The translations under genes were made by a program, and so were the position numbers. This document shows positions 29,772 to 42,375 of a stretch of 64,000 nt of DNA, one piece after another. This DNA is from an uncultured cyanobacterium (GTDB lineage Bacteria; Cyanobacteriota; Cyanobacteriia; PCC-9006; JAAUQQ01). Within the stretch, counting starts at the first letter, position 1, and each line of letters opens with the position of its first letter. Below the pieces are notes generated by a model, which worked only from the letters and a program-made list of their open reading frames with translations, had not been told where the DNA came from and made no database searches. The DNA is taken from contig OY970368.1 of NCBI GenBank assembly GCA_963718615.1, forward strand, positions 992,001 to 1,056,000, read 5' to 3'.

Positions 29772-30086
29772 CTAGCGGTGCTGGTTGCGATATTCCTGAA
29801 GCTTGGAGCGCAGCAGTGCCACCTCAGCTCGCAGATCGTCAATCGTTTCCTGAAGATCGCCACTACTGGGCATTCCCCCCGGTGAGGTCGAGCCTCCCCG
29901 TTCGCTGCTCGCTTGCGCGGCTCGATTCAGCACCTGCTCTGAAAAGGTCCGCAGTTTTTCTCGCTGTTCCGCATCAAATTTACCCAGATCACTGAGGGCA
30001 TTGGATAATACAGCTTCGACCTGCTCATTCAGGCCCTCTGCCAGAGCGCGTCCAACAAAGAAGGCTTGTAGCACCGGATTCGTCAT
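29772..30086 (-). CDS. Conserved cyanobacterial protein (DUF6825-like)
   Basis: NPVLQAFFVGRALAE..LQETIDDLRAEVA.LR; upstream of the ABC1 kinase. Confidence 0.75.
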   Translation of the reverse strand: MTNPVLQAFFVGRALAEGLNEQVEAVLSNALSDLGKFDAEQREKLRTFSEQVLNRAAQASSERGGSTSPGGMPSSGDLQETIDDLRAEVALLRSKLQEYRNQHR

Positions 30087-30178
30087 GGTTTGCAGGCATC
30101 AGGAGGCGTAAAGGAATATAAAGAATTATAACCTGAGCCGCTTCGGCCTGTGGCGTCAAACCCTAGCTAAAACCATCC

Positions 30179-31750
30179 CTAAAACGATTCCGGCGTCGTT
30201 TCCAGCGGCAATCCCTCGTTGGGCAGCAGCGGCGGAGGCTCGGGAGCCTGTAGCTCTGGTTCCGGCAAGGACTCCAGCGGTTGCTCTACGGGGGACGGTT
30301 CAACAACGGTAGGTTCAGGTTCGGGGGCCGGTATGAACGCTTCGGGGACGGGGGCGGGTTCGGGAGCGATGGCTGCGGGTTCCTCCGGGGCCACAAACTC
30401 TCCAGGATCCGGCGATACAGAATCATGGGTAGAATCCTGCAAGATCTGCGGCTCAGGCTCACGCGGAACCGCTCGCAGGGGCGGCTCCGTCGCATCGTCG
30501 GGGATGACCTCTCGCAGGGCTCCCTCCTCCGGCAAGGCATTTTGCCAGCCTTCGAGCTGCTGTTCTGGCGGGGGTACGTCCTGGGGCAAGGTTTCTGCAC
30601 TGGAACTACCGGGCCAGCTTTCCTCTGGAAAACTCTGAGGACGACCCAGACCCGACAACCCTGCCACGGAAGCGGGGTTGGAGATGCGGAGAATGGTTCC
30701 CCCAAAGGCTCCGAGGGTTGCGGCAATGCAGCCAATGCCAATTAGGGTTTTCATGGGATTAAAATTGGGCGTCGGGAGAGTGGGACGGGAGACCCCTGAG
30801 GGGGAGGGCGATCGCGGTTTTACGGACTGGACCTGAACCGGCTCCTGAACCGGCTTGACCTGAACCGGCTGAGTCTGCACCGCTTGCGTCACCGTGATCG
30901 GCGTGGGTCGAGAGACAGGTTGAGAGACGGCTTGAGGAACAGCGGCTGGAGCCGGTGTCGCCACGGCCTCCGGCAACAAACTCAACCATGCACCCATGCT
31001 GGGAGGACGCACCTGGGGATCCGGCTCCATACCCTGCAAAATTGCCCGTTCCAGCACCGCACTTAAACGGGGCTGAATCTGACGGGGCATAATCAAGGCC
31101 GACTGCGCGCGCAACGCGGCATGGACCGGCGGCTGGCCCGTGACCAAGGCATAGAGGGTAGCCGCTAGGCCATAGACATCCAGTCCGGGATTAAAAGGAC
31201 CGCCGGGCTGAAATTGCTCGGGTGCAGCATAGCTGGAGGCACGGTTGGCCGGGAACAGCGAAGGTTGCAGGCCCCAATCTACTAAGACGGGACGGTTGAT
31301 GCCGGTGCGATAAATAATATTTTCTGGCTTGAGATCGCGATGAATAAGACCTTGGCCATGGATGCCGGTGAGGGCGATCGCCACCTGACGAATCACGGCG
31401 ATCGCCTGGGCTTCGGTCAAGGGCTTTTGATGCAGCCGTTGACTCAGGGGAATCCCAATAACTTCCTGCTGAACCAAAACCGGCAGTCCCTGGGTTTCAA
31501 AATAGTCCAGAATTCTGGCACGGTTGGGATGATGGAGCGAGGCGAGCCCTTGAACCACCCGCTGCATCCAAACCGCTTGAAACTGAATGCCCTGGGAGTT
31601 TTGCCGAGGCAGCTTCAAGATCACTGGTTGCCGGTCGCTCAAGCTATTGGCCCGCAGGGTCAGACTCCACTGTCCGCGACTGATCAGTTCACGGATGACG
31701 TAGCGATCGCCCAGGATCGTACTGGGTTGCAGAGAAAAGGGTTCAGCCAT
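30179..31750 (-). CDS. Hanks-type Ser/Thr protein kinase with Pro-rich linker, transmembrane helix and acidic tail
   Basis: HRDLKPEN, DWG, YAAPEQ, DVYGLA. Confidence 0.88.
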   Translation of the reverse strand: MAEPFSLQPSTILGDRYVIRELISRGQWSLTLRANSLSDRQPVILKLPRQNSQGIQFQAVWMQRVVQGLASLHHPNRARILDYFETQGLPVLVQQEVIGIPLSQRLHQKPLTEAQAIAVIRQVAIALTGIHGQGLIHRDLKPENIIYRTGINRPVLVDWGLQPSLFPANRASSYAAPEQFQPGGPFNPGLDVYGLAATLYALVTGQPPVHAALRAQSALIMPRQIQPRLSAVLERAILQGMEPDPQVRPPSMGAWLSLLPEAVATPAPAAVPQAVSQPVSRPTPITVTQAVQTQPVQVKPVQEPVQVQSVKPRSPSPSGVSRPTLPTPNFNPMKTLIGIGCIAATLGAFGGTILRISNPASVAGLSGLGRPQSFPEESWPGSSSAETLPQDVPPPEQQLEGWQNALPEEGALREVIPDDATEPPLRAVPREPEPQILQDSTHDSVSPDPGEFVAPEEPAAIAPEPAPVPEAFIPAPEPEPTVVEPSPVEQPLESLPEPELQAPEPPPLLPNEGLPLETTPESF

Positions 31751-31782
31751 GCGGGTTGCGTTCGGTTCAGTGGGTGGAGGGC

Positions 31783-33129
31783 TTAGGTCGTATATTCGGC
31801 ATTAATCTTGACATAGTCATAACTCAAGTCACAGCCCCAGGCGACCCCCTGTCCCAGACCGGCTCCGACCCCAACTTGGATAACGACGGGATGTTCTAGA
31901 TTCCTGGCTTCTAGGGCTGGACGGCGCTGGGCTTGGGTCGGTTCCGTTGTCGCATCCAATAGGGCATTGGCTGACTCGGAGCTGGCGATCGCCTCAGGTT
32001 TAGGCAACGTGCTGCGCTCGGACTGCTGGCAGAGATAATCGTGAGCGGCATCTCGATCAAATTCCAAGGGTTGACCCTGGTCCATCAGGACGATATCTCC
32101 TAAAACAATCTTCAGGTCCTCTTGATCAAACGCCACCCCAGCACGACCCGCAGCGGCAGCAATACGCCCCCAGTTGGGATCGCGACCAAAAATGGCGGAT
32201 TTGAGCAGCGCTGAACCAGCGACGGTCCGGGCAATTTGTCGAGCAGCGGCATCGTCGGCGGTGCCAGAAACCTGGACTTCGATTAAGCAGGTAGCCCCTT
32301 CGCCATCGCGGGCGATCGCCTGGGCCAAGTATTGACATACCGCCGTCAGCATTGCTTCGAGCTTCTCGGCTTCAGGACCAGGTTCCGTAATCGCAGGGGT
32401 ACGGGATTGACCGTTAGCCAGAGCCATGAGCGAATCATTCGTACTGGTATCGCCATCAACGGTGATTTGATTAAAACTTCGGTCCGCCGCTCGGGTCAGC
32501 ATCTCCTGCCAAAGGTGGGGGGAGACCGTGGCATCGCAGGTTACAAACGCCAGCATCGTCGCCATATTGGGATGGATCATCCCCGAACCCTTGGCAATGC
32601 CACCAATCCGAACCGGGCGATCGCCAAACATCCCTTCTACAGCGATCGACTTGGTGACGAGATCCGTGGTGGCGATCGCCTGGGCCGCGTCATCGGAACC
32701 GTCGTCCGTCAGGGCCTGAACAATTCGATCGATCCCCGTGCGCATGGGCTCCATGGGAATTTGACGCCCAATCACGCCGGTAGAAGCAATCAACACCGCA
32801 GAATCCGGAATGCCTAGGGCCTGAGCCACCCGCTGCGCCGACTCTACAGTATTTGCCCATCCTTGGGTGCCGGTGCTAGCGTTGGCCTGCCCCGAATTGC
32901 AGAGAATCGCCTGGGCCGCTGCCTTCTGCTTGAGCTGCTGGCGACAAAAATCAACACAGCCCGCACGAACATGGCTGGTGGTGAAGACCCCAGCGGCGAT
33001 CGCCTCCCCCTCCGAAACAATCAACGCCAGATCCGGCAAGCCCGAAGGCTTTAAACCCGCCACGATTCCAGCTGCCTGATATCCCTTAGGAGCGGTGACT
33101 CCCCCTGGAATGCTGTGCCAATCCGCCAT
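31783..33129 (-). CDS. argJ: Bifunctional ornithine acetyltransferase/N-acetylglutamate synthase
   Basis: KGSGMIHPNMATML, DGDTSTND, DGEGAT, DPNWGR, YVKINAEYTT; start taken at MADW. Confidence 0.96.
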   Translation of the reverse strand: MADWHSIPGGVTAPKGYQAAGIVAGLKPSGLPDLALIVSEGEAIAAGVFTTSHVRAGCVDFCRQQLKQKAAAQAILCNSGQANASTGTQGWANTVESAQRVAQALGIPDSAVLIASTGVIGRQIPMEPMRTGIDRIVQALTDDGSDDAAQAIATTDLVTKSIAVEGMFGDRPVRIGGIAKGSGMIHPNMATMLAFVTCDATVSPHLWQEMLTRAADRSFNQITVDGDTSTNDSLMALANGQSRTPAITEPGPEAEKLEAMLTAVCQYLAQAIARDGEGATCLIEVQVSGTADDAAARQIARTVAGSALLKSAIFGRDPNWGRIAAAAGRAGVAFDQEDLKIVLGDIVLMDQGQPLEFDRDAAHDYLCQQSERSTLPKPEAIASSESANALLDATTEPTQAQRRPALEARNLEHPVVIQVGVGAGLGQGVAWGCDLSYDYVKINAEYTT

Positions 33130-33297
33130 AGCCCCTTTCCAACCCATTTCTGAATGTTCGATATGTTCGATATAGCAGGAAAATCGGTTAAATGGCCTGA
33201 TTTTTCTGTTTGCCGGTTCTTTTGCCGGTTCCATTGTTACAGGTTTCCGGGGCAGATTGAGTACCAGGGAGGGCGGACAAACTTTTTTGCGATCCTT

Positions 33298-33382
33298 TCC
33301 GGAAGTATCATTAGGCACCAGTATAAGTGAATGGTAGATGCACCCTGACTCAATCAAACCTCGGCCTTCGGTCGAGGTTTTT
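33298..33382 (+). ncRNA. nsiR1: NsiR1-like sRNA unit 1 (promoter, RNA, terminator)
   Basis: TCCGGA-N17-GTATAA; GGTAGATGCACCCTGACTCA; hairpin plus T run. Confidence 0.75.
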
Positions 33383-33453
33383 CTTTGTAATTTGGGTATT
33401 GAAGCTATCAGGATGGGGAGGTGCGATCGCCCCAAACAAAAATTCTTTTAGTT

Positions 33454-33540
33454 TCCGGAAACGTCGTATCAATTCAGTATAAGTGAATGGTAGATGCACC
33501 CTGACTCATTTAATCCCCAGCCTAGGCCGGGGATTTTTTT
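33454..33540 (+). ncRNA. nsiR1: NsiR1-like sRNA unit 2
   Basis: Same architecture; terminator AATCCCC...GGGGATT-T5. Confidence 0.75.
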
Positions 33541-33638
33541 ATGGCTTTTAATTTAGAGCAACGGCTCTTTGAATCAGCGCCTTAGACCAACATAGATTAA
33601 CCGTTCAACTGTCCCATAGAAAGAAAAGTTAGCTCAAT

Positions 33639-33723
33639 TCCGGATGTGCCCTAAAGCACTCGTATAAGGGAATGGTAGATGCACCCTGACTCAATTAAAC
33701 CTCGGCCTTCGGTCGAGGTTTTT
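33639..33723 (+). ncRNA. nsiR1: NsiR1-like sRNA unit 3
   Basis: Same architecture; terminator identical to unit 1. Confidence 0.75.
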
Positions 33724-33739
33724 CTTTTTTCTGATACTT

Positions 33740-33832
33740 TCCGGAACCGATCGAATGAGCCAGTATAAGTGAATGGTAGATGCACCCTGACTCATTTAAT
33801 CCCCCGGCCACAAGTGGTTTTGGGGATTTTTT
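33740..33832 (+). ncRNA. nsiR1: NsiR1-like sRNA unit 4
   Basis: Same architecture; longer variant hairpin. Confidence 0.75.
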
Positions 33833-33996
33833 ATTGGCGCGATCGTAAGAAGTCAAAAAGGACTGGGGAAGGACTTAGGGTCGAGGCTTCAATATCTTTT
33901 TCAAACCTTTTCAGGCATAAATCTACTGGCGACTTGCTCCAGAATAAAATTCCTTGAGGATACCCAAAATCGCGAGCAAACTAACTGCAATTCTCT

Positions 33997-34083
33997 TCCG
34001 GAGACACCGTATCAATTCAGTATAAGTGAGTGGTAGATGCACCCTGACTCATTTAATCCCCGGCCTAGGCTGGGGATTTTTTT
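33997..34083 (+). ncRNA. nsiR1: NsiR1-like sRNA unit 5
   Basis: Same architecture; terminator of the unit 2 type. Confidence 0.75.
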
Positions 34084-34119
34084 GGGGACTATTCAAACCA
34101 CTAAATGGGTCACACTCGC

Positions 34120-37100
34120 TCAAAAGGGAACATCATCATCTTCGCCTTCAGCCTCTGTCGAACCCTCATCCGGTTCTAGCAGAATTTCCATGGAGGCTGC
34201 GGTGGCGATCGCACTCTCCGAATCCAGGCTTGCCATCCCCGCCACAAAACCATCATCCGTCACAATCTCTCCATTAAAAAACTGCGCCAAACTCTTCGCC
34301 GCCCGCATCAATTCATTCTCATCCCACGTGGGCCGCAGCGGTGCGACTGCCGCTAGCCTTGATTGATCCGATGTCCCATTGAACGTTGCTTCATTGAACG
34401 CCACCGCGTCGAGGGTCGAGCCCTGAACGCCAACTACCGTCTGAACCGCAGCGCGTGAGACCATCGCCTCAGGCTGGACGATCTCTGACTGGACGAGCGA
34501 CGACGCTGGAGGGGGCGTTAATTCCGGGGGCAGAGCCTGGGCGATCGCGGTGGGTTCATGAACCGGACGGGGGGGAGAAGCTGGGACGGGGGGCGCAGGC
34601 GCAGGCCGCGCAGGTGCTGGTTGCGGAGGTGCCAGGTGAGGAGGCGCAGACTGAGAAGACACCGATTGAGAAGACACCGATTGAGAAGGCGCAGTCTGGA
34701 CCATCCCTTCCGTCTCCACCGAAGGAATAACGGGCTCTAATTTAACTTTGATGGGTTGGCTCGCCACACGGGCAAAGGCGGCTTCAATGGCCGGTAGTTT
34801 GCCTTGAATATTGCCCATCCACTGGGCCGTAATCCCTACGATCGCTGCGGTGCCGGTAAATTTGAGCAACTGTCCTTGCTGCCGCATGAGCATTTGGGTG
34901 CTGCGATACTCGACATTGGCGATCGCCCGCTGCCAGATATCCTCTAAATCAAACTCAGACTGCGGCACGGAATGGGGCTGAGCCGCCTGCGGCACGGAAT
35001 AGGGCTGGGCCGCTGGGGGAGGTTCAACCGTGAGGGCAACCGCTGGATGAGACGCAGGTGCAGAAGAGAGGGATGAAGCGACTGGAACGGCAGGGATAGT
35101 TGCCGCCGCTGGCACCACAGATTGCTGCACAACTGTGGGCGGTGGCGGTGGCGCTGGGACAACTACAGGGGTTGCAGGCGTTGAAGAAACGGAAACAGGT
35201 GCCGCTGATGCAGCAAATCCCCCCGTAGATGGAGACACAACCGGTTGAGCTGACTGCATTGCTGAAGGCAAGAGCCCCATTAGGGTGACCTCCAGCCAGA
35301 GTCGAGGCTGTGTCGTATTCTTAATTTGGACTTCGCTACTCCGCAGATGCTGCTGTCCCCGCAGAATCGTCCCGAGGTCGAGGTGCTGGGCAAATTCGAT
35401 GAGCTGCTCCCAAGTGCTGGGTGTAATAGCAACTAGATCATTGCGCGTGGGTGCAGTTTTAGCAATGAGCAGATCTCGATAGAAGCTAGCGAGATTTTGT
35501 AGAACAATGAGGGGTTCACGGCCTCGGTTCATCAGATGACGGGCGCGATCGAGGACGGTTTCGGGATGGTTGGTGGCGATCGCCTCAACCAAACTAAACA
35601 AATCCCGCTCAGGCACAGCACCCACCAAATCCCAAACGGCATCAATGCTGACGGGCGGAGGCAGCAAGCTCAGTTGGTCCAGCAGACTTTCAGCATCCCG
35701 CAGCCCCCCTTGGGCAACCTGGGCAACCAGCGTCAGCGCTTCCGGTTCAATTTGAATGCCTTCGGCGGTCGCAATCATGCCCAAGTGATCCACCATGGAT
35801 TCAAGCGGAATCCGGCGGTAATCAAAACGCTGACAGCGGGAAATGATTGTGGGTAAGACTCGTTGGGGATCGGTAGTCGCCAGCACAAAGACGACGCGAT
35901 CGGGTGGTTCTTCTAGGGTTTTAAGTAGCGCATTGAACGCCGCACTACTGAGCATATGGCAATTATGCACCAAAAGACCATTAGCTACAAAATTGTGGTT
36001 ATCTTCAACCTCGATATCGTAGACCTGCTCGATTGTTGACCTCTCAACAGAAAGGACCTCCTCGAAACTTGTACTCCATTGAGGGAATTGCGTAGATTTG
36101 ATGGTCTCGCAACCATCTTCGTGCTGATTGAGCTCCCAAGGAGATGTAGTAATAGCGTTTTTGTGTGTTGGATCGCAAGTAAGACTTCGCTTTTGCTGTA
36201 TATCCCAAGCCCGAGAGCCAAGCTGCGACCAGCTCTGTTTCGGATTCTGAAAAGCCTTCTGTGTGGAATTGAATAGCGGGGCTACCTGCAGGTGTGATGG
36301 AGAGTGATCCGTCATCCATGTACCACCATGCTCTTCCCTCTGGAGTGATTCTATCCAGCCAATTCGGGGTGATCCGCTTGCATGTCCCCTCTGGCTTAAC
36401 CACACGGTAGATTTCACACAATTGGGGATGACAGGCGGTGCTACAGCACACAGATAGAGTGCCATATCCACGATTTGTGGCCAGCCGTATCTTGGGCCTG
36501 AGGATAGACAGTCGGTTGGCTTTGTGTTCCATCCATGCTTTTTGCTCTGCTCCGTGGGTCCATGCCAACCGTGGGAAACGGCTGTGGGCATTGGGATAGG
36601 AAATAGAGCCGTCGCCAAGTAGGGTGCCGTAAATGAGTCCTTGGATACAGGGAGAGAGATGGCCAGAACGTTCTGTGAAATTGTCCGTTCGTTTATCCCA
36701 AATTCCATGACCTTTTTTATAGGGATGTCTACCCCAATAGGAATTAATGCTCTGAATCCCTTTTCCCTTCTCTTGCAGAAATTTTGGGATTGCAAGTAGT
36801 TCTCCGCATCCACAGGCACAGAACGGTCGTAGTGATTCTGCTTGCCGAAGAATGGCTTGAAGATCGTAGTCCCGTTGGCCGTACTGATTTCCTCGAAATT
36901 GGTGCCCTGCGGAAAATCGACGCTCTCGCCCATCAACACCGAATTGGTAGATAAGCACCCCACATCCACAGGCACAGGGGATAGTATTCTCGTTTTTTCT
37001 TTTACGTCCTTTGCTGCTACCCATCCCTGATCGGTTCTGATGAGATGATTCCCTGTGCACTGAATTGTGCGGTGGGTGGTTTTAATGAAGAGTGTTTGGC

Positions 37101-37638
37101 GCTCACCCTGATCGAGCCAACGCACAACAGGCTTGTACTCCCATTCTTCTGAGGATTCGTTGTAGCTCAGGACTCGTTGACCCTGAAGCTGAGGATCATC
37201 GATCCTCACTAGCCCATCTTGGGTTTGCACCAAGGTATCGCCCGTCAGGCACTCGTCGATGACATAGACCTTAAACCGACACTGCACTGGTGCAAACTGG
37301 GCTTTCTCGATCAGCTCCCGGATATTGTCCACACCGGTATTGCTCGCCGCATCAATTTCAATCACGTCCAGCGCATTGCCCCGCACAATCGAGCGGCAGG
37401 CTTCGCAGGTGCCACAGGGCTGAGGCGTCGGGTGGTCGCCCGCTTGACAGTTGAGCGACTTGGCCAAAATCCGCGCGCTAGAGGTTTTTCCCGTGCCTCG
37501 GGGACCTGTGAACAGATAGGCCGGCGCGATGCGCTCTTGCAGGATAGCGTTCGTTAGCGTCGTTGCGATCGCCTCTTGACCCACCAGGTCCCGAAACGTC
37601 TGCGGTCGATATTTGTGGTGGAGCGGTTCGTAGGCCAT
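34120..37638 (-). CDS. dnaX: DNA polymerase III subunit gamma/tau, intein-containing
   Basis: MAYEPLHHKYRPQTF, GPRGTGKT, EIDAASN, VYVIDE|intein|CHMLS..AFNALLKTLEEPP, SRC, C-terminal DDVPF. Confidence 0.96.
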   Translation of the reverse strand: MAYEPLHHKYRPQTFRDLVGQEAIATTLTNAILQERIAPAYLFTGPRGTGKTSSARILAKSLNCQAGDHPTPQPCGTCEACRSIVRGNALDVIEIDAASNTGVDNIRELIEKAQFAPVQCRFKVYVIDECLTGDTLVQTQDGLVRIDDPQLQGQRVLSYNESSEEWEYKPVVRWLDQGERQTLFIKTTHRTIQCTGNHLIRTDQGWVAAKDVKEKTRILSPVPVDVGCLSTNSVLMGESVDFPQGTNFEEISTANGTTIFKPFFGKQNHYDRSVPVDAENYLQSQNFCKRREKGFRALIPIGVDIPIKKVMEFGINERTISQNVLAISLPVSKDSFTAPYLATALFPIPMPTAVSHGWHGPTEQSKKHGWNTKPTDCLSSGPRYGWPQIVDMALYLCAVAPPVIPNCVKSTVWLSQRGHASGSPRIGWIESLQREEHGGTWMTDHSPSHLQVAPLFNSTQKAFQNPKQSWSQLGSRAWDIQQKRSLTCDPTHKNAITTSPWELNQHEDGCETIKSTQFPQWSTSFEEVLSVERSTIEQVYDIEVEDNHNFVANGLLVHNCHMLSSAAFNALLKTLEEPPDRVVFVLATTDPQRVLPTIISRCQRFDYRRIPLESMVDHLGMIATAEGIQIEPEALTLVAQVAQGGLRDAESLLDQLSLLPPPVSIDAVWDLVGAVPERDLFSLVEAIATNHPETVLDRARHLMNRGREPLIVLQNLASFYRDLLIAKTAPTRNDLVAITPSTWEQLIEFAQHLDLGTILRGQQHLRSSEVQIKNTTQPRLWLEVTLMGLLPSAMQSAQPVVSPSTGGFAASAAPVSVSSTPATPVVVPAPPPPPTVVQQSVVPAAATIPAVPVASSLSSAPASHPAVALTVEPPPAAQPYSVPQAAQPHSVPQSEFDLEDIWQRAIANVEYRSTQMLMRQQGQLLKFTGTAAIVGITAQWMGNIQGKLPAIEAAFARVASQPIKVKLEPVIPSVETEGMVQTAPSQSVSSQSVSSQSAPPHLAPPQPAPARPAPAPPVPASPPRPVHEPTAIAQALPPELTPPPASSLVQSEIVQPEAMVSRAAVQTVVGVQGSTLDAVAFNEATFNGTSDQSRLAAVAPLRPTWDENELMRAAKSLAQFFNGEIVTDDGFVAGMASLDSESAIATAASMEILLEPDEGSTEAEGEDDDVPF
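35962..37251 (-). mobile_element. DnaX intein (430 aa)
   Basis: Starts CLTGDTLV; block B CTGNH; ends VYDIEVEDNHNFVANGLLVHN followed by Cys+1. Confidence 0.94.
36044..37024 (-). CDS. LAGLIDADG homing endonuclease encoded in an alternative frame inside the intein
   Basis: Two CACGCG motifs; LIYGTLLGDGS and AWWYMDDGS motifs; C-terminal MEYKF. Confidence 0.88.
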   Translation of the reverse strand: MGSSKGRKRKNENTIPCACGCGVLIYQFGVDGRERRFSAGHQFRGNQYGQRDYDLQAILRQAESLRPFCACGCGELLAIPKFLQEKGKGIQSINSYWGRHPYKKGHGIWDKRTDNFTERSGHLSPCIQGLIYGTLLGDGSISYPNAHSRFPRLAWTHGAEQKAWMEHKANRLSILRPKIRLATNRGYGTLSVCCSTACHPQLCEIYRVVKPEGTCKRITPNWLDRITPEGRAWWYMDDGSLSITPAGSPAIQFHTEGFSESETELVAAWLSGLGYTAKAKSYLRSNTQKRYYYISLGAQSARRWLRDHQIYAIPSMEYKFRGGPFC

Positions 37639-37727
37639 GACATCCGAGCATCTTCCTTCATCACTATAAGCAATGGAAGAAAAACTTCGGCAAGCGAGTC
37701 GCAAGCCTTACAAATCCTCAACTTCCA

Positions 37728-37799
37728 TGGGCGATACTGGATTTGAACCAGTGACGTCCTGCTTGTAAGGCAGGCGCTCTACCGCTGAGCTAATCGCCC
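37728..37799 (-). tRNA. trnV: tRNA-Val(UAC)
   Basis: GGGCGATTAGCTCAGCGGTAGAGCGCCTGCCTTACAAGCAGGACGTCACTGGTTCAAATCCAGTATCGCCCA folds into a cloverleaf. Confidence 0.97.
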
Positions 37800-37833
37800 G
37801 AAAACTATCGCTGTTCGCAGCGACTGTAGCAGT

Positions 37834-38643
37834 CTAACACAAAAGAGTGAGCAAACAGAGCAATAAAGCCTCCGTCCATTCCACAACCGCACCGTAGGTA
37901 TCTCCGGTATGGCCCCCCAGCTTGCGGTTAAACCAAGAGCCGGTATTGAAGGCGATCGCAAACCCCCCAAACAACATCCCTAGCGCCAACATCCAATGAT
38001 GCAAATACAGTCCCCCCAAAAGTCCACTGAGACCAACTAGAAGCAATAGCCCCGGCCACAGATCACCCGGTTGAAACTCAGCTTTATGAAATGCCCCCTT
38101 GCCTTCGGGTTTGAGATAGGGATAACGAGCGATCGCCAAGACCTGCCCCCACCGCCCCCAGCCTGCCGCCCCCATCAGGGCTGCGGTTCTGGCAATGGGG
38201 TCTAGGGGAAGCGCCATAAGGGCGGAGAACTTCAGCAGTAGGAGGGCGATCGCCGCCATCACCCCAAACGCACCGGCCACACTATCCGCCATCACTGCTA
38301 GTCGTCGCTTAGGATCCATTACCGACAGGCCATCCGCCGTATCCATCGCCCCATCCAAATGCAGCCCCCCTGTAATCGCAATCCACAGCACAACCACCAA
38401 CGCCGTGCGGCAAATCAAAGGCATTTGTAGCTGAGCTAAACCCAAATCTAATAATCCCAACCCCAGGCCCAACCCCACACCAATTAAAGGGGCAAATCGT
38501 GCAATGCGGCGAAAATCAAAGGACTCAACCTGAGGCAAGGGCAGCGCTGTATAAAAGGTCAAACTCGCGAGCAACTGCGAAACCTCCGTCTGAAGCCATC
38601 GACCGAGTCCTTGCCCTTGCTTCAATCGAGGTTGTCCTGACAT
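37834..38643 (-). CDS. cobS: Adenosylcobinamide-GDP ribazoletransferase
   Basis: [34 protein letters not shown]. Confidence 0.93.
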   Translation of the reverse strand: MSGQPRLKQGQGLGRWLQTEVSQLLASLTFYTALPLPQVESFDFRRIARFAPLIGVGLGLGLGLLDLGLAQLQMPLICRTALVVVLWIAITGGLHLDGAMDTADGLSVMDPKRRLAVMADSVAGAFGVMAAIALLLLKFSALMALPLDPIARTAALMGAAGWGRWGQVLAIARYPYLKPEGKGAFHKAEFQPGDLWPGLLLLVGLSGLLGGLYLHHWMLALGMLFGGFAIAFNTGSWFNRKLGGHTGDTYGAVVEWTEALLLCLLTLLC

Positions 38644-39148
38644 TTCCTGAGTCTCCTTAGCACGGTTACCCCTGGTTTCTCTGACCGTACTTTTACGGAT
38701 TTTCATAAGTACGCAAACTCAAAATCCCGTAAAACACCCCTAACGCACTGCTTAAAAGGCTTCTAGCACAATTTTTGGCAGCACAATCCAACCCTCAGAT
38801 TAAACCTTCTCCGCATTTTAGCGGAACCGACTCACCTTAATCCCGAGCCATAATGAATTCACGACCCCACAAAGACCTTTGTGACCTAAACTTCGCCCTT
38901 TGGCCTATACGGAGGTGCAACCCCTTTTAAGGGTTTATAGTGAGATAGCATTGAGTTTTGTCCTCATGAGGCAATTCTTTATTGTTTCTCTTCCGTGTTA
39001 TCCCTGATTCCGCTTTATCTTTCCCCCAAGATAGTGCGCTCAGGATTCTGCCCCAAAGTATCAAGCCACGGTATCGAGTCCAGGAATTAAGTCCAAGGAT
39101 CGAGCGAAGTGTTTCGACCAAGCCCCCTTTTCATTGGGTTTTGTTGGC

Positions 39149-39182
39149 GTCGGGGTCTTGAAACTGTCGGGGTCTTGAAACT
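39149..39182. repeat. 17-bp direct repeat GTCGGGGTCTTGAAACT x2
   Basis: Read directly. Confidence 0.8.
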
Positions 39183-39258
39183 TAGGTTTCAGGGTTGCTT
39201 CCAGAGCTCTCTCTTTGCTGCACTGTGTTAGTCGCCGTTCGCGCAACTTCTTCGGCCT

Positions 39259-42208
<2,950 letters not shown>

Positions 42209-42375
42209 CTCCCCTCTTTTGCCAGGTTGTCAAGCCGGTTGAATAAACAAGTATTGGGGATGATTGTTAATTTCCTACGAACAATCCTATGGTCGGGGGA
42301 TTGCTTTGTACCCTAGTTACTGATGTAGCATGAAGAACCATCGCCTCTCCACATCAGAGAGTCACATCACCACGT

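Noticed and set aside
33130-33435. 102-aa N-terminal extension of ArgJ in the ORF track
   Set aside because: It runs antisense through sRNA unit 1; ArgJ homology begins at MADW (33129).
33298-34083. CRISPR array interpretation of the five repeats
   Set aside because: Unit spacing is irregular (~100-260 bp), each unit has its own promoter and terminator, and there are no cas genes.
37728-37799. tRNA-Val as an integration site
   Set aside because: It is flanked by core genes; I saw no integrase or duplicated tRNA 3' end.
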